Source of the DNA: Macrostomum lignano
Lineage: Eukaryota
Direction: 5' to 3'
Length of the DNA: 64,000 nucleotides
Assembly: GCA_002269645.1 (NCBI GenBank)
Contig: NIVC01003257.1
Span: 19,708-83,707 of the forward strand
In this document: piece by piece, positions 1-12,358 of the stretch
Layout of the letters: the number at the start of each line of letters is the position of its first letter
Position numbering within the stretch: position 1 is the stretch's first letter
Position numbers and translations under genes: made by a program
The notes under the pieces: model-generated
The model's database searches: none
What the model saw: the letters and a program-made list of their open reading frames with translations, nothing else
What the model was told of the DNA's origin: nothing

Positions 1-222
1 CACAACGAGACACAAACTCAGCTAGCCTGCAGGCATAAAAACCCTCCCGAGGGAGGGGGTGGGCACAAGCCGGGGGGGGGGGGGGTTGGTGGTATACACA
101 AATGCCAGTTAGTGCTAGCAGCACAAACCAGCTCACACTAAGACTACCACAGTGGGGTTGCGATAGGGGCCTCGCGGCCTATTCGCGGCGCCTACGCCCC
201 CTGTCAGTAGTAAGTAAGTAAG
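1..222 (+). mobile_element. Probable 3' end of a non-LTR retrotransposon (RTE-like tail)
   Basis: GC-rich stem-loop-like segment (GGGGC...GCCCC, ~167-200) followed by a TAG(TAAG)3 microsatellite tail at 208-222, as is typical of LINE 3' ends. No coding sequence is visible in the window. Confidence 0.4.
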
Positions 223-230
223 ACTGCCAC

Positions 231-2060
231 AGCTTGACTTACTTGACTTAGCTTCAGGGCTGTCCCAGGGGGACACAGTGGGAAGGCACGAGTGCCCAAT
301 CCGCTAATCCCTGAATGGCCAAGGCGTTGCTATGGACGAAGGGTTGGCACTGCCCAGGGAGGTCCCCCAGTGTCGCCAACACCTATACTGCTCTCTGGAA
401 AGGAGAGTTCAGCCCTGCAGGTGGCCCAGAGGTAGCGCATGAGCTGATTAAAGTTTTCAGGTTTGCACGCTTCAGTAATAGATGTGTGTGGCCCGAAGTA
501 AGTGAGTCTGGCTCACATAAAGGTGGGACAAATGCTGACAAAATGCTCAGCAGTTTTGTCACCTGAGTTACAGAAACTGCAGATGGCATTGGTGGTGTTG
601 CCCTGCAGGTACTAGTGCCTAGAGAAGCAGCCGTGACCTGAGAGGGTCATGGTGGCAGTCCAGATGTCTCTGCGAGAGGTGCAAGAGGAGCTTCCAAAGC
701 TGGTAAAAAGGCTGAGGGACAGTGCCTCTGGATTGCCTGCAGGTAGTGCAGTTCGCCCAAGTCAAGCGGTGCTGGGTCCTGATCTACACTTTGATGTGCA
801 AGTTGATGACATAGCCAAGAATCAGGACAAGGAGTTTGGGACCGAGAAAGGAGCCGGAGGCACCAACTTTTGCAAGGGCATCAGCCAACTCATTCCCCCG
901 GAACCCACTTAAGGGTGATTTTGTTGGTGGAGCCCAACATGTTGAGGAGTTTGATATAGTTGAGGACTATAGCAGAATTGGTACTATAGCTACTGATGGC
1001 ATGCAAAGCAGCTTGGCTGTCTGAATGGAAAATGATGTTATAACCAACTACACCAGTGGCAAGAAGCTCTGCAATGCAGGAGCTGATGGCGAGAACTTCA
1101 TTTTGGAAGATACTGGAGTTGACCCCAGTGTACTGAGCATGGTTGCGATGACCCTCCTATTCAGGAAGATTCTAACACCAAAAGTGGTGTTGGCTGACTG
1201 CTTAGAACCATCAGTGTAGCAGTGAACTTACCATGGTTCCAGTGGTCATTGATGGTATCGCACGAGTTAATAGCTATGGAGTAGTGTTGTCTGAGGTTGA
1301 GCATTGAGGCAATGCTATCAGTGAAGATGCGATTGGCCTGACACTCATTGAAAATGTTGAGGCACAGGTCGCAATGTAGGACAAGGTTCCAAGTAAATGC
1401 AGCATCATTCTAGCTGCCTCAACCCTGACAAAAAGGTTGAGAGGTGGTAGATTAAGGAAGGCCCCCATGCTGGCAAAGGGCATGGACTTGATGGCATTGC
1501 AGATAAGCCTACATGCTCTGCGCTAGATTGTGTTGAGCAAATCTACATGGCTTTTGACCTGGGTAGCGCTAACCCAGACAACCAAGGCATATGTAATCGC
1601 AGGTCTAACTACAAAAGTGTAGATCCACCAAAGCTGCTTTAGGGATAGACCCCAAGAAGTGCCAAGTGCTTGTCGGAGCTAGGCTAGGATGGCTGAGGCA
1701 CGCTTGGCTTTTGCTTTCATGTGGAAGGACCAATTGAGCCGGTGGTCAAATATGACCCTAAGACATCTATCTGATCTGGTGCACAAAGGCAATATCTCTG
1801 CCATATAACTGCAGATTCTAGATAACTATAGATGTTCTAGCATATTCTGCTAGTGAACATAATGGCAACAGTTTTGGGCTTAGAGAGTTCTAGACTGTTG
1901 TCATTAGCCTAGGATTCTGCTTTGCTCCTGGGCTTCCCCCCGCCACAGCTATTACTAGCTACTAGTATTGAAGGGAAGCCATACTCAAGATCATGTAATA
2001 TATGCCTGAAAATTTGGGTGTGCATTGGCCTTGCATGCCAAAAGTAGCCATGCACAGTTG
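231..2060 (-). mobile_element. Degenerate 5'-truncated LOA/R1-group non-LTR retrotransposon (RT C-terminus + RNase H + CCHC finger)
   Basis: Minus-strand translation across stops and frameshifts gives CLRVIFDHRLNW (YLGV..D..L.W), TSWGLSLKQLWWIYTFVVRPAITY, LNLPPLNL, RNase H motifs CYTDGSK, SIFQNEVLAI, FHSDSQAAL, LKWVP[deletion]GNELADALAKVGA, and ICSFCNSGDKTAEHFVSICP. The 3' tail is CTAAGTCAAGTAAGTCAAG near 231-251. Confidence 0.85.
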
Positions 2061-2821
2061 GCGTGCATCACTCCTAAGAAAATACACCTGGCATACACAT
2101 TATAGAATCACACAGAAGAGTTATTGTAAAGTAGAAAAAAAGTAAAAAAAGTTCATTTTTAAGTGTAAGTTTCCCACTTTCTGGCTTTAAAATAATTGAA
2201 GATCTTATGACAAATTTTTTTTGCCAAATGTATATATTAAATAAAAACCATAGATAGCCCTATTGGAGCCAAAGGTCTAGACTATACCAGATTGATTGCC
2301 AAACACCTTTCCTTTATATGCTTAAGTCTAGACTATACTGCACTACTAGGCCTACAAAATTGTGCTAGACACTATATGCAATGATGATTATTTATTACAA
2401 TAGGGAATAGGGCTGGATAGGTATGTCCAGAAAAATAGCCTTGATGGCTTAGGCCTAACACTAACAAAATACTGCTTTAAAATTATTACTAGAATTAGGC
2501 CTTACTTCATATATAGAACAAAAAATTGAGAAAAGTGCACAGAACATTATATAGTATTTTTTATTCTACAATTTAATAATCTGAATAAAATACCTCTGCT
2601 AACAAGTTGAGATCAGATCTGTAATCTGAACCCAGACCATGCAAGTGAAAGGCATACTAAAAGTAGTAACTCCCCTCATGCCACCGCCACTCAGCTTCTA
2701 CAATGTTAAATCTTGACTCTGAAATTCCATAGATGCTATTGCCATTTCAGAAATAACGTAACTTAACTTTCTAGTATTCTAAGCCAAACTGAAACTTCTA
2801 GATTAAATCCAGTTTAAGTTC

Positions 2822-3086
2822 GTAGTAGTAAGAATTTGGCTCAGGCAATTAGCCTGTTTGGCCAATATAGTATAGAGCTATGTATTTGGAAGGATTTTCG
2901 AAATAGAAGTTTATAAAGACGACTTGACGAGTTAAGAGAAGAGAATTTGGCTCAGGCAATTAGCCTGTTTGGCTAATATATTATAGAGCTATGTATTTAG
3001 AAAAATTTTCGAAATAGAAGTTTATAAAGACGATTTGCCGAGACGAGTTAAAACGAGTTAGTAGTAGTAGTAGTAGTAGTAGTAAG
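2822..3086 (-). repeat. Stacked short copies of the RTEX-like LINE 3' terminus with (TAC)n tails
   Basis: Blocks at ~2822-2940 and ~2941-3060 repeat TTGGCTCA..AGCCTGTTTGGC.A.TATA, which is also the terminus of the long copy at ~3086-3120. (GTA)n tracts lie at 2822-2830 and 3061-3084. Confidence 0.75.
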
Positions 3087-3515
3087 TTGGCTCAAGCGAG
3101 AAGCCTGTTTGGCCAGTATATTTCTGTGTATTTAAGTTATTTTAGTATTAGTTGTTTAATTACGATCAAGTTCAAAAGGTTAAATTTGTTCAAAAGGTTA
3201 AATTTTTACACGAGTTACGATGCGAGTTACAATATTTGTAAAATTATTAAGGTATTTGAAAGAGCGTTTTTTGTAAAAAGATGTATTTTGCAAGTGCGCA
3301 ATATTTCAAAGCGTGAAAAACGAAAGAAAAATGAACAAAAACGAACTTGGAAAGAACTTTACGTTAAACGAATAACGACGATTTAAATAGGTATTAGATA
3401 GGAAACTAATTAAATACTAATTAAATAGGAAATTAAAAAGACAGTAAATGAATAAACAAAAGAAAAGCGGATTTATTACACTGCTGATATGACTGTTTCA
3501 GTTTGCATAACTGTT

Positions 3516-6500
3516 TTAGCTATTCATGACTTCATATATTTTAGCTACACCAGTGAGCTCTTTTCTGACACTTTTTTCATTTGTAGCATATCCTAACTTG
3601 TGTACTTGCTTGTCATTTAAGAGGTACTGACAGAAGTATTTTTTTCTGAACTTTTCAGTTTGTGGACATTCGGTCAAGTAGTGTAGGATATCGGAACCAT
3701 TTCTCGCTCCACACAGTCTACATGCTTCATGAGAGAAAATGTTGGGTGTAATTTCGCATTTCAGTTTTAGGAGGGTTGTTAGGAATTTTTTGTTTCTAAA
3801 AGTGCATGGAAAGTAATCTGAAAGGTCAGGCCTGCAGATTTTTTTGTAGAGATAGGCGTTTTTGTAGAGTTTAATATGTTGCTGATTCTCTAGCTTTTGG
3901 CTAAGTTCTCTTTCTCTGTGTACCTTGAGGTGCTTTTTCACTAGGTATTTCTCGTTATTAAAGCTTTGGGAAAGTTTATCTTCAGTTAGTGCTTTTAAGT
4001 CTATACTTTCCAGTTTCTTTAGTACATTTGTTTTCCATGGATTTTTTTGGCTGGTGTTTGAGTAGAAAATTTCTAGTGTCGTTTGGCAAAGTTTTTGGTG
4101 TCTAATCTTCAGCCAGTAGGTAAGGTAGGTTTTAGCAATTCGTTGGGAGATTGGAGTAAGCTCAAGTTCTGATGATATCACACTGTTGCTAGCAAATTTT
4201 GGTAGATTGAGGAGATATTTGTAGAATTTCAGCTGGATGTTATCAATAGCTTTTGTTTCAGAAATGGTAGCCAAAGGGCCCCAGAGCTCACAGCCGTACG
4301 TGATAACGGGAGTGACAAGCGCGTCGAATAGTCTGCGAATGAGTGTGATGTCCAGGGACGTATTTTTTACCTTGTGGAGTAGGGAAAACATAGCTGAATA
4401 TCCCTGCTTAGTTTGATGTTCAATACATTTTTTAAAGCTGTTTTTTGGTTCAAAAATAATTCCCAGGTATTTAAATTCATTTGCTTCCTCTATTTCTTGG
4501 TTGTCGTAGATTATTTTTGTAGCAAAGCTTTCTGTGTCGTTTTTTTGTCTGGTATTGCCCTGCATAAACTTTGTTTTGCTTGCATTTACTTTCAAGTAGT
4601 TTTGCTTGCAGTAATTTTCCATAGTCGTAAATGTGTCTTGAAGTTCGTCTTTGTTTTTAGCTAGAATGGCTTGATCGTCCGCAAAGAGCAGGATGAGTGG
4701 GAAAGCAGATCTCGCAAGAGAGCGCCTAGCGCTAGAGAGTTCAAGATATTCAACAATATCGTCAATATATAGTTCAAAAAGGATGGTAGAGAGAGGGTTG
4801 CCTTGAAGAACACCTTTAGATATTGGGATTGGCTGGGTTTCATCATCATCATCATCTTTTTTTTAGAATGAAACAGGCATTTTTATGCATGTTCTTGATA
4901 AGTTCCGTCATTTGACCTTTAATACCCTGGTTATCTGTTTTGTGCCAAAGGGTCGATTGATTTAAGCTATCGAAGGCTTTTTCATAGTCAACAAATCCGA
5001 TAAAGAGTTCTTCTTTGTTGTAGATGGATTGGTTTATAATGTTGTAAAGATTAAAACATTGGTCGATTGTGCTGTGATTGGGCTTGAAACCGTATTGGTA
5101 TTTTGATATAAGATTGTTAGCGTATGCTAGGTTTTTGAGTCTGGATTTAATAATTTGGCAAAAGAGCTTGCCAAAAATTGGTTGAATGCAGATTCCTCTG
5201 TAATTGTTGGGGTCGGCACTGCTGCCTTTGTTTTTATAAATCGGATGAAGTGTATTTGTAATCCAACTAGTTGGGAAGGTTCCTTGTTTGAGTGCTTCAT
5301 TGAAAAGTGAGCATAGGAGGTCAGTAAGTTCCTTTTCAAGGTATTTGAGTGTTTCTACATATACTTTATCGTGCCCAGGTGCTTTGTCAGTTTTGAGCTT
5401 TTTAATATGTTTTATAACTTCTTCTTTGGTGAATGGGGCATTGAAATCCTCTAAATCAGCCAGAATAGGGTTGTCAAGGTGAAGATTGTATGATAGTCTA
5501 ATGCTACTGTCTTGTTCAGTTACAAGATTTTGAAAGTGTATGACAAATTTTTTCGTCGATTGCTGCATTGTTATTGGGGCAGTTATGTGGTTTCAGTAAG
5601 TGCCAAAGCTGTCTTGTATCGTTTTGAATATAAGCCTGGTTGATCATGTTTTCTGCACACAGGATTGATTCATGTTTCCAAGAAATCAAGCTTTTTTCAT
5701 GTTTTTTTAAGCTGTATTTTGGATGCGAGGTTGCTACTTGTGGGGAACATCTTATATCTTCTGCTGGCATGCCTGGTAGCATTTCTCAGGTCTTTAAGAA
5801 ATTGTGGCAATGCTGAACAGAGAGGTTTTTTTGTTTCTACTGTGATTTTACTTTGGATTTGCTGAACTTTCTTGCTTAAATTATGGATGAAAGCTGGGTT
5901 TTGCATGTCAAGATTTGGAATTTTATTCTCCAGATCCTTTAGATCATCTGAGAAGCAATTGATATGTTTTTCTTGTTGTGGGGTGGGTTTATCTAGTTTT
6001 TTTAGTATCCGGAATTTTGTTCTTTGGTTATTGGTTGCTTGTTTTGTTTCTGTAATCTCTGCTGTGAATTTATATGATAATGAGAGTATAATTTGATTGT
6101 GGTCACTAAGGTAAGTATGGTTTCTTACTTTAAAGTCTTCAAAGTGCTCAAGTACGTTGCTAGAGACAAAACAGAGGTCAATTACAGATGAACCAGTTTT
6201 GGAGATAAAGGTAAGTGTTCCAGTTGCATCAGATAGGGATCTACCATTGATTATATGCAAGTTATATGAGTTTGTGATTTAGTTTAATAATCTACCACTT
6301 TTACAGGTTTTTTTGTCTTGGCTTTGCCTATAGAGTGAGATATTTTTTGTCTTTAAAGTGCTTATTCTATGCAAATCTATATGATCAGTATTGTAAGTAT
6401 GTGCATTAAAATCTCCCACCAGGATTATGTTTTCTTCAGAATGATATGCATCAAGTATTAGTGCTAACTGTTCCCAAGACTCTTCTTCATAGTATTTTGA

Positions 6501-7106
6501 AGATGTTGGTGGTATGTAAGAGTTGATGACAGTAAAATTTTTGCTTTTGTCCTTTTTGTTTTTAAAGTTTAATGTCAAAAAATTGTTGTAGTTATGGAAT
6601 GACTCAGTCACATTGAAATGTGTTTCTAGTGATTTTTTATAAGCAGTCAGTAGGCCGCCAGATGCCCTACCAGTAGAACTGCTTCCTTTTTTGTTTGCAG
6701 ACTTTTGGAAAATTGTGTAGTTGTCACGCAATTTGTCAGTGCTGAGAAGCCTATCATTGCTTTTTGTATCAATTATCCAAGTTTCTTGAAGGCAGAAAAT
6801 ATCATGCTTAAAAATTGGCTCAGCTTCTAACAATTCAAGTTTGGGAATCATCACTGAGTCTTTTATAGTATAAAGTCCTGTAATATTCCAACTGCTAATT
6901 GTGAAATTTTGTTTAATCTTTTTAATATTGAGTTCAGAGAGTTTTGATTTAGTATTTTGAGATATTTTTATGTTCCTATGAGTGATACTATTCTTAATCA
7001 AGATAAGATAATCTCTAGTGTACTGAATCCGCTTCTTTTTAGTCCTATTAGCATCAGTAGATTTATTGATACATCTAATATCAAAAAGGTCGAAAGTCGA
7101 TGAAGT
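3516..7106 (-). pseudogene. LINE ORF2 (APE endonuclease + reverse transcriptase), 1 in-frame stop and 3 frameshifts
   Basis: APE motifs SWNITGL, FCLQETW, GRASGG, LVGDFNAHT, SVIDLCF and SDHNQI. RT motifs KAPGHD, NYRGI, QYGFKPNHST, FVDYEKAFDSL, GVLQGNPLS, LFADD and FKYLG. In-frame TAA at 6279-6281; frame changes near 5700, 5570 and 4860 (the last at a T run). Confidence 0.9.
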
Positions 7107-7586
7107 TCAAAAAGCTTTGATGAAGGGGACTCCCTTCTTATAGGCAATTCGAATGTTATTCTCACTATCTTCTTTCCGTTTTTTCAGCTCTTTGATGACC
7201 TTCTGCTTGTACGTACGTTCCTTCTGTGTTAGGTCGTTCTCTATTCTGACTCTTTGATAGGCAGAACCAGCTTCCCGCAGGTTTTTTAGGTTGCCGAAGA
7301 AAGCTGCTTTGTCACTTTCGTTTGCAAGGCGAACAACCAGGGGCCTCGGCCGGTTGCTAAAAGGTTGTTCACGGCCGAGTCGTTTGGTGGCAATAATTGG
7401 CACTGTTGATGGGGTGATCTTCAGTCCATCTCGTAGCAAGTTCTCAAGCTCCTCCGTCTCTTGCAATCCGAAAATTATTATATTATTTTTTTTAACATTT
7501 CGCAGATTCACTTCTTCTACAATCTCATCGAAGCTTATGTCGTACGTTATTGTTTGTTTGCCATTTTCGATTGACTCGAGTTCGGC
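7107..7586 (-). pseudogene. LINE ORF1 (RRM-type), 5'-truncated
   Basis: EEVNLRNVKKNNIIIFGLQE...KRLG...RPRPLVV...ENDLTQKER matches the ORF1 pattern of CR1/L2/RTEX-type LINEs. The frame is open without an ATG up to the junction at ~7588. Confidence 0.8.
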
Positions 7587-8023
7587 GAGTTATTGTAAAA
7601 GATAAAGTATTTGAAAGCGCGCCAGAATTTTTACGGTATTTTTGGACGAAAAGTGACGACTAACAACTAACAACGAGTATAAATATTAATACAAAAATGA
7701 GTACAAATTACGAGGTATAGCTTTAATTGCGAGATTACTTTGGTAAGCGAGTTTGTAAAAAAAAGATGTAGTATTTTTGAAAGCGCGTGATATTTCAAAG
7801 CGTGAAAAACGAACATAAACAATACTTCGAAAGAACTTTACGAATAACGACGATTTAAATAGGGAATTAAAAGACAGTAAATGAATAAACAACTGAAAAG
7901 CGGATTTGTTACACTGCTAATGTATCTGATTCAGTTTGTTTAACTGTTTTAGCTATTCATGACTTCATATATTTTAGCTACACCAGTGAGTTCTTTTCTG
8001 ACTCTTTTTTCATTTGTAGCATA

Positions 8024-11000
8024 CACATGGTGACGCGAATTGCGCAAAATTGCACAAAATTACGTGAGAAAATTGAAAAAAATTGGGCAAGAATTGCGCA
8101 ATAATTGCACTCAAATTGTTCATTAAGTGCAATAAAATTACACGAAATCACGCTTAAAATTACAATTTAATTGAGCATAAAATTGCAATTCAAGAGCTTA
8201 GAAATTGCCGTTGGAGTGGCACTTCAGAATATTGATACGCTCGTATTATAGTGCAGGTAAATTTTAAGACTTCCCAAATTTAGCACTCGATCTGCAATTT
8301 TCATTATATCTGCTCAGAATTGAACCCAGAAAAGTAATTAAGACACAGTAAAAACCACCGGTGTTATTTCGGAATACATTAAATTTTGCAATTTTTCAAT
8401 AAGATGTTATAATCATTTTTCAATCCAATACATTTCATTGTAATTTTTTATTTCACTTTACTACATATTAAAAAATAAAACTACAAACAGATACTAAATA
8501 TAAACCTGTACGGGCAAAAAACGATGTATAAGATACAAGAAAATACTTGCATAGATTAGTAAAAATTATTATTATTAAAATATTACTATTTAACTATTTA
8601 GAAAAATTATTATTAAACCATTAATAAGCACACTGAACATTGAAACTAATTGAAAAATTCTTTTACATTTGAAGTGCAAAAGCGTTCTAAATAAACAATT
8701 TATTAGTTAAACAATATTTTAACTTTCAGGGGTGCTGGCTGCATCAGCATGTTTATCTAAGCAGTTAAAACTTTAAAGATGAAGCCTTTTACACATCTAT
8801 GATGAAGCTTTTGGATACTTTTAAGTTCAAAACCTTTCTAGATTCCGAAATGAGACTTTCTAAGAACCCACAGGTAATTATTTTGTAGAATTGAATATTT
8901 AAAAAAAGATCCCAGATAAAGTTAGGATTCACTTTTTGCTTATTTATAATTTTTTATCGCCTTTCCATGATCTTACTTAGACATTACTTTTTAAGGCTAC
9001 CCAACATTGCCAGCCTGAAGCTCGTTAGAGCTTCCAGAAGTCAATTACAGTGATTACCTTGCAGTGATTTAGTGATTGCTTATTTAATGTTATTCCTATA
9101 GGCTATAACTGATACTTAATGGTTTCCAGTATTGTCTTTCTTACGCTTGCCAGAAATGTCACGAAACATTTGATTTAACGATGCTCGCACAGATCTCCAG
9201 TTGTAGGCTGCAAACCATTCGGACAAAACAGCTCGAAGCTCCTCAACAGATTGCTCGTCCATCGCAATGCGCTCCGTTAAGCCATTCAGCTCAATAATTG
9301 CAGAAATGCAATACTCCTCACCGAAGCGTCAAAGAATGTACTTTATGTACATTGGAGTTTATGTACATTGGCCCGCTATGAGAATTCGATTTAGGAAACT
9401 ATAGAAGCACAAACTCGAAAGGCAACGGTTGGTCAAATTTGTCTGCAGCATGCCTTCGCTTTTGTGTGTTCATTTCTTGGCATGAAGAGAAACACAATTG
9501 AGTATTGAGTTGAAGTTGCACTGCTTTATAATTATAAAAGAGTATTATATTATAAATAATAATTATAAAATAATGATATAATTAATAATTATAAAATAAT
9601 TATATAATTAATAATTATAAAATAATTATAATAGATTATAAAAACAAAGTAGCTTTTTGAGCCACTTATTTTATTTATTTATATAGATTTCATTTTAGAA
9701 TTTTGGCATACCATTAATTTGTATATGGAATCATAAAATATTATTTTGAAAACTTGCAACCAAGATTTTCATAAAACAATCTAGATATAGTGATATGATA
9801 TATAGTCTAACAGACAATATATCAATAGAAGCCAAAATATTAAATACCTTAAAATAGTAGCTAATTAGTAAACAGAAGCTATACAAATGATTATACGCTC
9901 ATAGCTAGGCCTAGTCATTAAGTCATTGATTAAGTTAGTAATCTAGTATATACCTACTTAATCAACTATCTTTTGCATATATTATGCTGTACCATTTAAT
10001 AAACTGATAAGCTTCAGTTTGACTTTTAGACAATACATCAATTAATTTAATTAGAAAAAAGTAAATGTTTTTAAAATAGCTATAGCCTATAGCTACATTA
10101 ATTAAAAACCTATTTGTAGGCCTAGCTAATTGCCTATTAAACAATGATGTTCAATTTCATGCTTCACTAATTTAATTTAATGTATAGCTCCTATAAATAG
10201 TAGAGCTACTAAAATAATTTTGAATTGAAATACATAATGTAATGACCAATGACAATGTAATTACAATTAAAGTATAACTTATTAATACAAAATTTTAGTC
10301 TACAAAGTGCCACTGCAGTATTAAAATTAATTGTATGCACTTGCCTGATACTGAGAGAGCTCTAGTCCTAGATATAAGAAAATGATAGAAAAGTATAATT
10401 ACATGTATGAAACTAAAAGATAAAGTTCAAATACAGAGTTGACAAAACATTAACAATGACATAGTACATAGACAATTGGTAGCTTTTAGTATTTTATAAA
10501 AGGAGCTATGAAAAATGAATTGGACAAACTCCAATAATGCTAGCTAGACTAGTCAATACTTATTAGTAATAGCTAGCAATAATAGGACTAGAATTAGATA
10601 AATTAAAAAACTTTTTTTGAGTTTTACAATCTTAAGTCAAGACTACAAGAGTAAATAGCAAGGCTAAGTTCTTGTCATTTACGATAAGTGAAAAGCAAGT
10701 GGCATTACTAGCCTTCAATTTCAATTACAATGATAAAAAAAGCTAGTAAAAACAACAAAGGAGAAGGCAACAACAACAAGCAAGAGCAAGAAAGCAGCAA
10801 TACGTCGACCAATATGGAGCAATAAGGCGCGCTGCTTTTTAAATTTAGCAAAGTTGTTACACTTTTAAACAAAAAATTCCTAAAATGGTAGATACACTTT
10901 CTATTGAATATACAAAGCAGATAGATTTCTTAGAAAAATCAATTTTATTTGTTTGTAAGAATTTAGAACACTTTAAATTTGTTCAGGGAGTCGTGAAAAT

Positions 11001-11465
11001 GCAGTCATGTAAGTACAACTTATATTGTGCATATTTGCAGCTTATATAAATCATTTTATACCTCAATTTCGAAGACTTTGTCTATACTATGCTTCAATAT
11101 ATTGCAATTCATTTTCTGTACTCGTCAGAATCTGCATGTAATCGTTAAAAAATAATTTCTTTTGGCAATCTACATGTAATAGATGCGATGTAAATGTACC
11201 AGTAGCAAGGATATTTTTTATCTACTACTATACAAGTAATATTTAAAGCATATTTGAAATTGAAAAAATTGCAATATTCTTTGCAATGCGATTGCAAGAA
11301 TTTCACTTTCTTGATATGTCTTTAACACTACTTACATAAGCATCTAAAGCGCACATGAAAGTTGAGAAAATTGCAAGTTCTATGAGAAAGAAATTGCAAT
11401 TAAGTCAATTATTGTGAATAAAATTGCAAGTTTCAAATTTTTTCCTCAATTTCGGGTATCATGTG
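8024..11465. mobile_element. 3.44-kb TIR DNA transposon with TA target-site duplication (superfamily uncertain: CMC/EnSpm-like or Tc1/mariner-like)
   Basis: The empty-site sequence from copy 1 (GTAGCATATCCT) is split as GTAGCA-TA-[element]-TA-TCCT. Imperfect TIRs are CACATGGTGACGCGAATTG (left) and CACATGATACCCGAAATTG (right, reverse complement). Both subtermini carry many AATTGC motifs. Confidence 0.85.
9116..9345 (-). pseudogene. BEN-domain-like coding remnant inside the DNA transposon
   Basis: Translation KYIL*RFGEEYCISAIIELNGLTERIAMDEQSVEELRAVLSEWFAAYNWRSVRASLNQMFRDISGKRKK resembles the BEN pattern (L..F.eE....S..G.....LD...v..I...v...f...W..i...iN.k.R). Matched by eye only. Confidence 0.5.
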
Positions 11466-12358
11466 TATCCTATCTTGTGTATTTGATTGCTATTTAAGAG
11501 GTATTGACAGAAGTATTTTTTCCTGATCTCTTCAGTTTGTGAACATTCGGTCAAGTAGTGTAGAATGTCAGAACCATTTCGCGCTCCACATATTTTTACA
11601 TGGTTCTTGAGAAAAAAAGTTGGGTGTAATCTCGCATTTCAGTTTTAGGAGGGTTGTTAAGAATTTTTTGTTTCTAAATGTACATGGAAAGTAATCTGAA
11701 AGGTCAGGCCTGCAGATTTTTTTGTAGAGATAGGCGTTTTTGTAGAGTTTAATATGTTGCTGATTCTAGCTTTTGGCTAAGTTCTCTTTCTCTGTGTATC
11801 TTGAGGTGCTTTTTCACTAGGTATTTCTCGTTATTAAAGCTTTGGGAAAGTTTATCTTCAGTTAGTGCTTTTAGGTCTATACTTTCTAGTTTCTTTAGTA
11901 CATTCATTTTCCATGGATTTTTTTGGCCGGTGCTTGAGTAGAAAATTTCTAGAGTCGTTTGGCAGAGTTTTTTGTGTCTAATCTTCAGCCAGTAGATGAG
12001 GTAGGTTTTAGCGATTCGTTGAGAGATTGGAGTAAGCTCAAGTTCTGATGATATCACACTGTTGCTAGCAAATTTTGGTAGATTGAGGAGATATTTGTAG
12101 AATTTCAGCTGAATATTATCAATAGCTTTTGTATCAGACATGGTAGCCAGAGGGCCCCAGAGCTCACAACCGTAAGTGATAACGGGGGTAACAAGCGCGT
12201 TAAATAGTCTGCGAATAAGTGTGATGTCTAGGGACGTATTCTTTACCCTATGGAGTAGGGAAATCATGGCTGTATATCCCTGCTTAGTTTGGTGTTCAAT
12301 ACATTTTTTAAAGCTGTTTTTTGGTTCAAAAATAATTCCCAGGTATTTAAATTCATTT

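Larger units (their letters stand above)
3061..7588 (-). mobile_element. RTEX/L2-group LINE copy 1 (ORF1 partial + APE-RT ORF2, disrupted)
   Basis: ORF1-like protein, APE endonuclease, RT and C-terminal domain are in order on the minus strand with a (TAC)n tail. The clade call (RTEX-like) rests on the INGR..D..G..TF...G.SVID and YGCELWG...SELE motifs and is tentative. Confidence 0.9.
7589..12358 (-). mobile_element. RTEX-like LINE copy 2, 5'-truncated and split by a DNA transposon
   Basis: 7760-8023 aligns with copy 1 at ~3270-3590, and 11466-12358 aligns with copy 1 at ~3590-4470 (ORF 11749-12267 is nearly identical to part of ORF 3516-4622). Confidence 0.9.

Noticed and set aside
2610-2700. 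Degenerate tRNA/SINE-like head on the minus strand
   Set aside because: A and B boxes are too decayed and no body or tail is identifiable.
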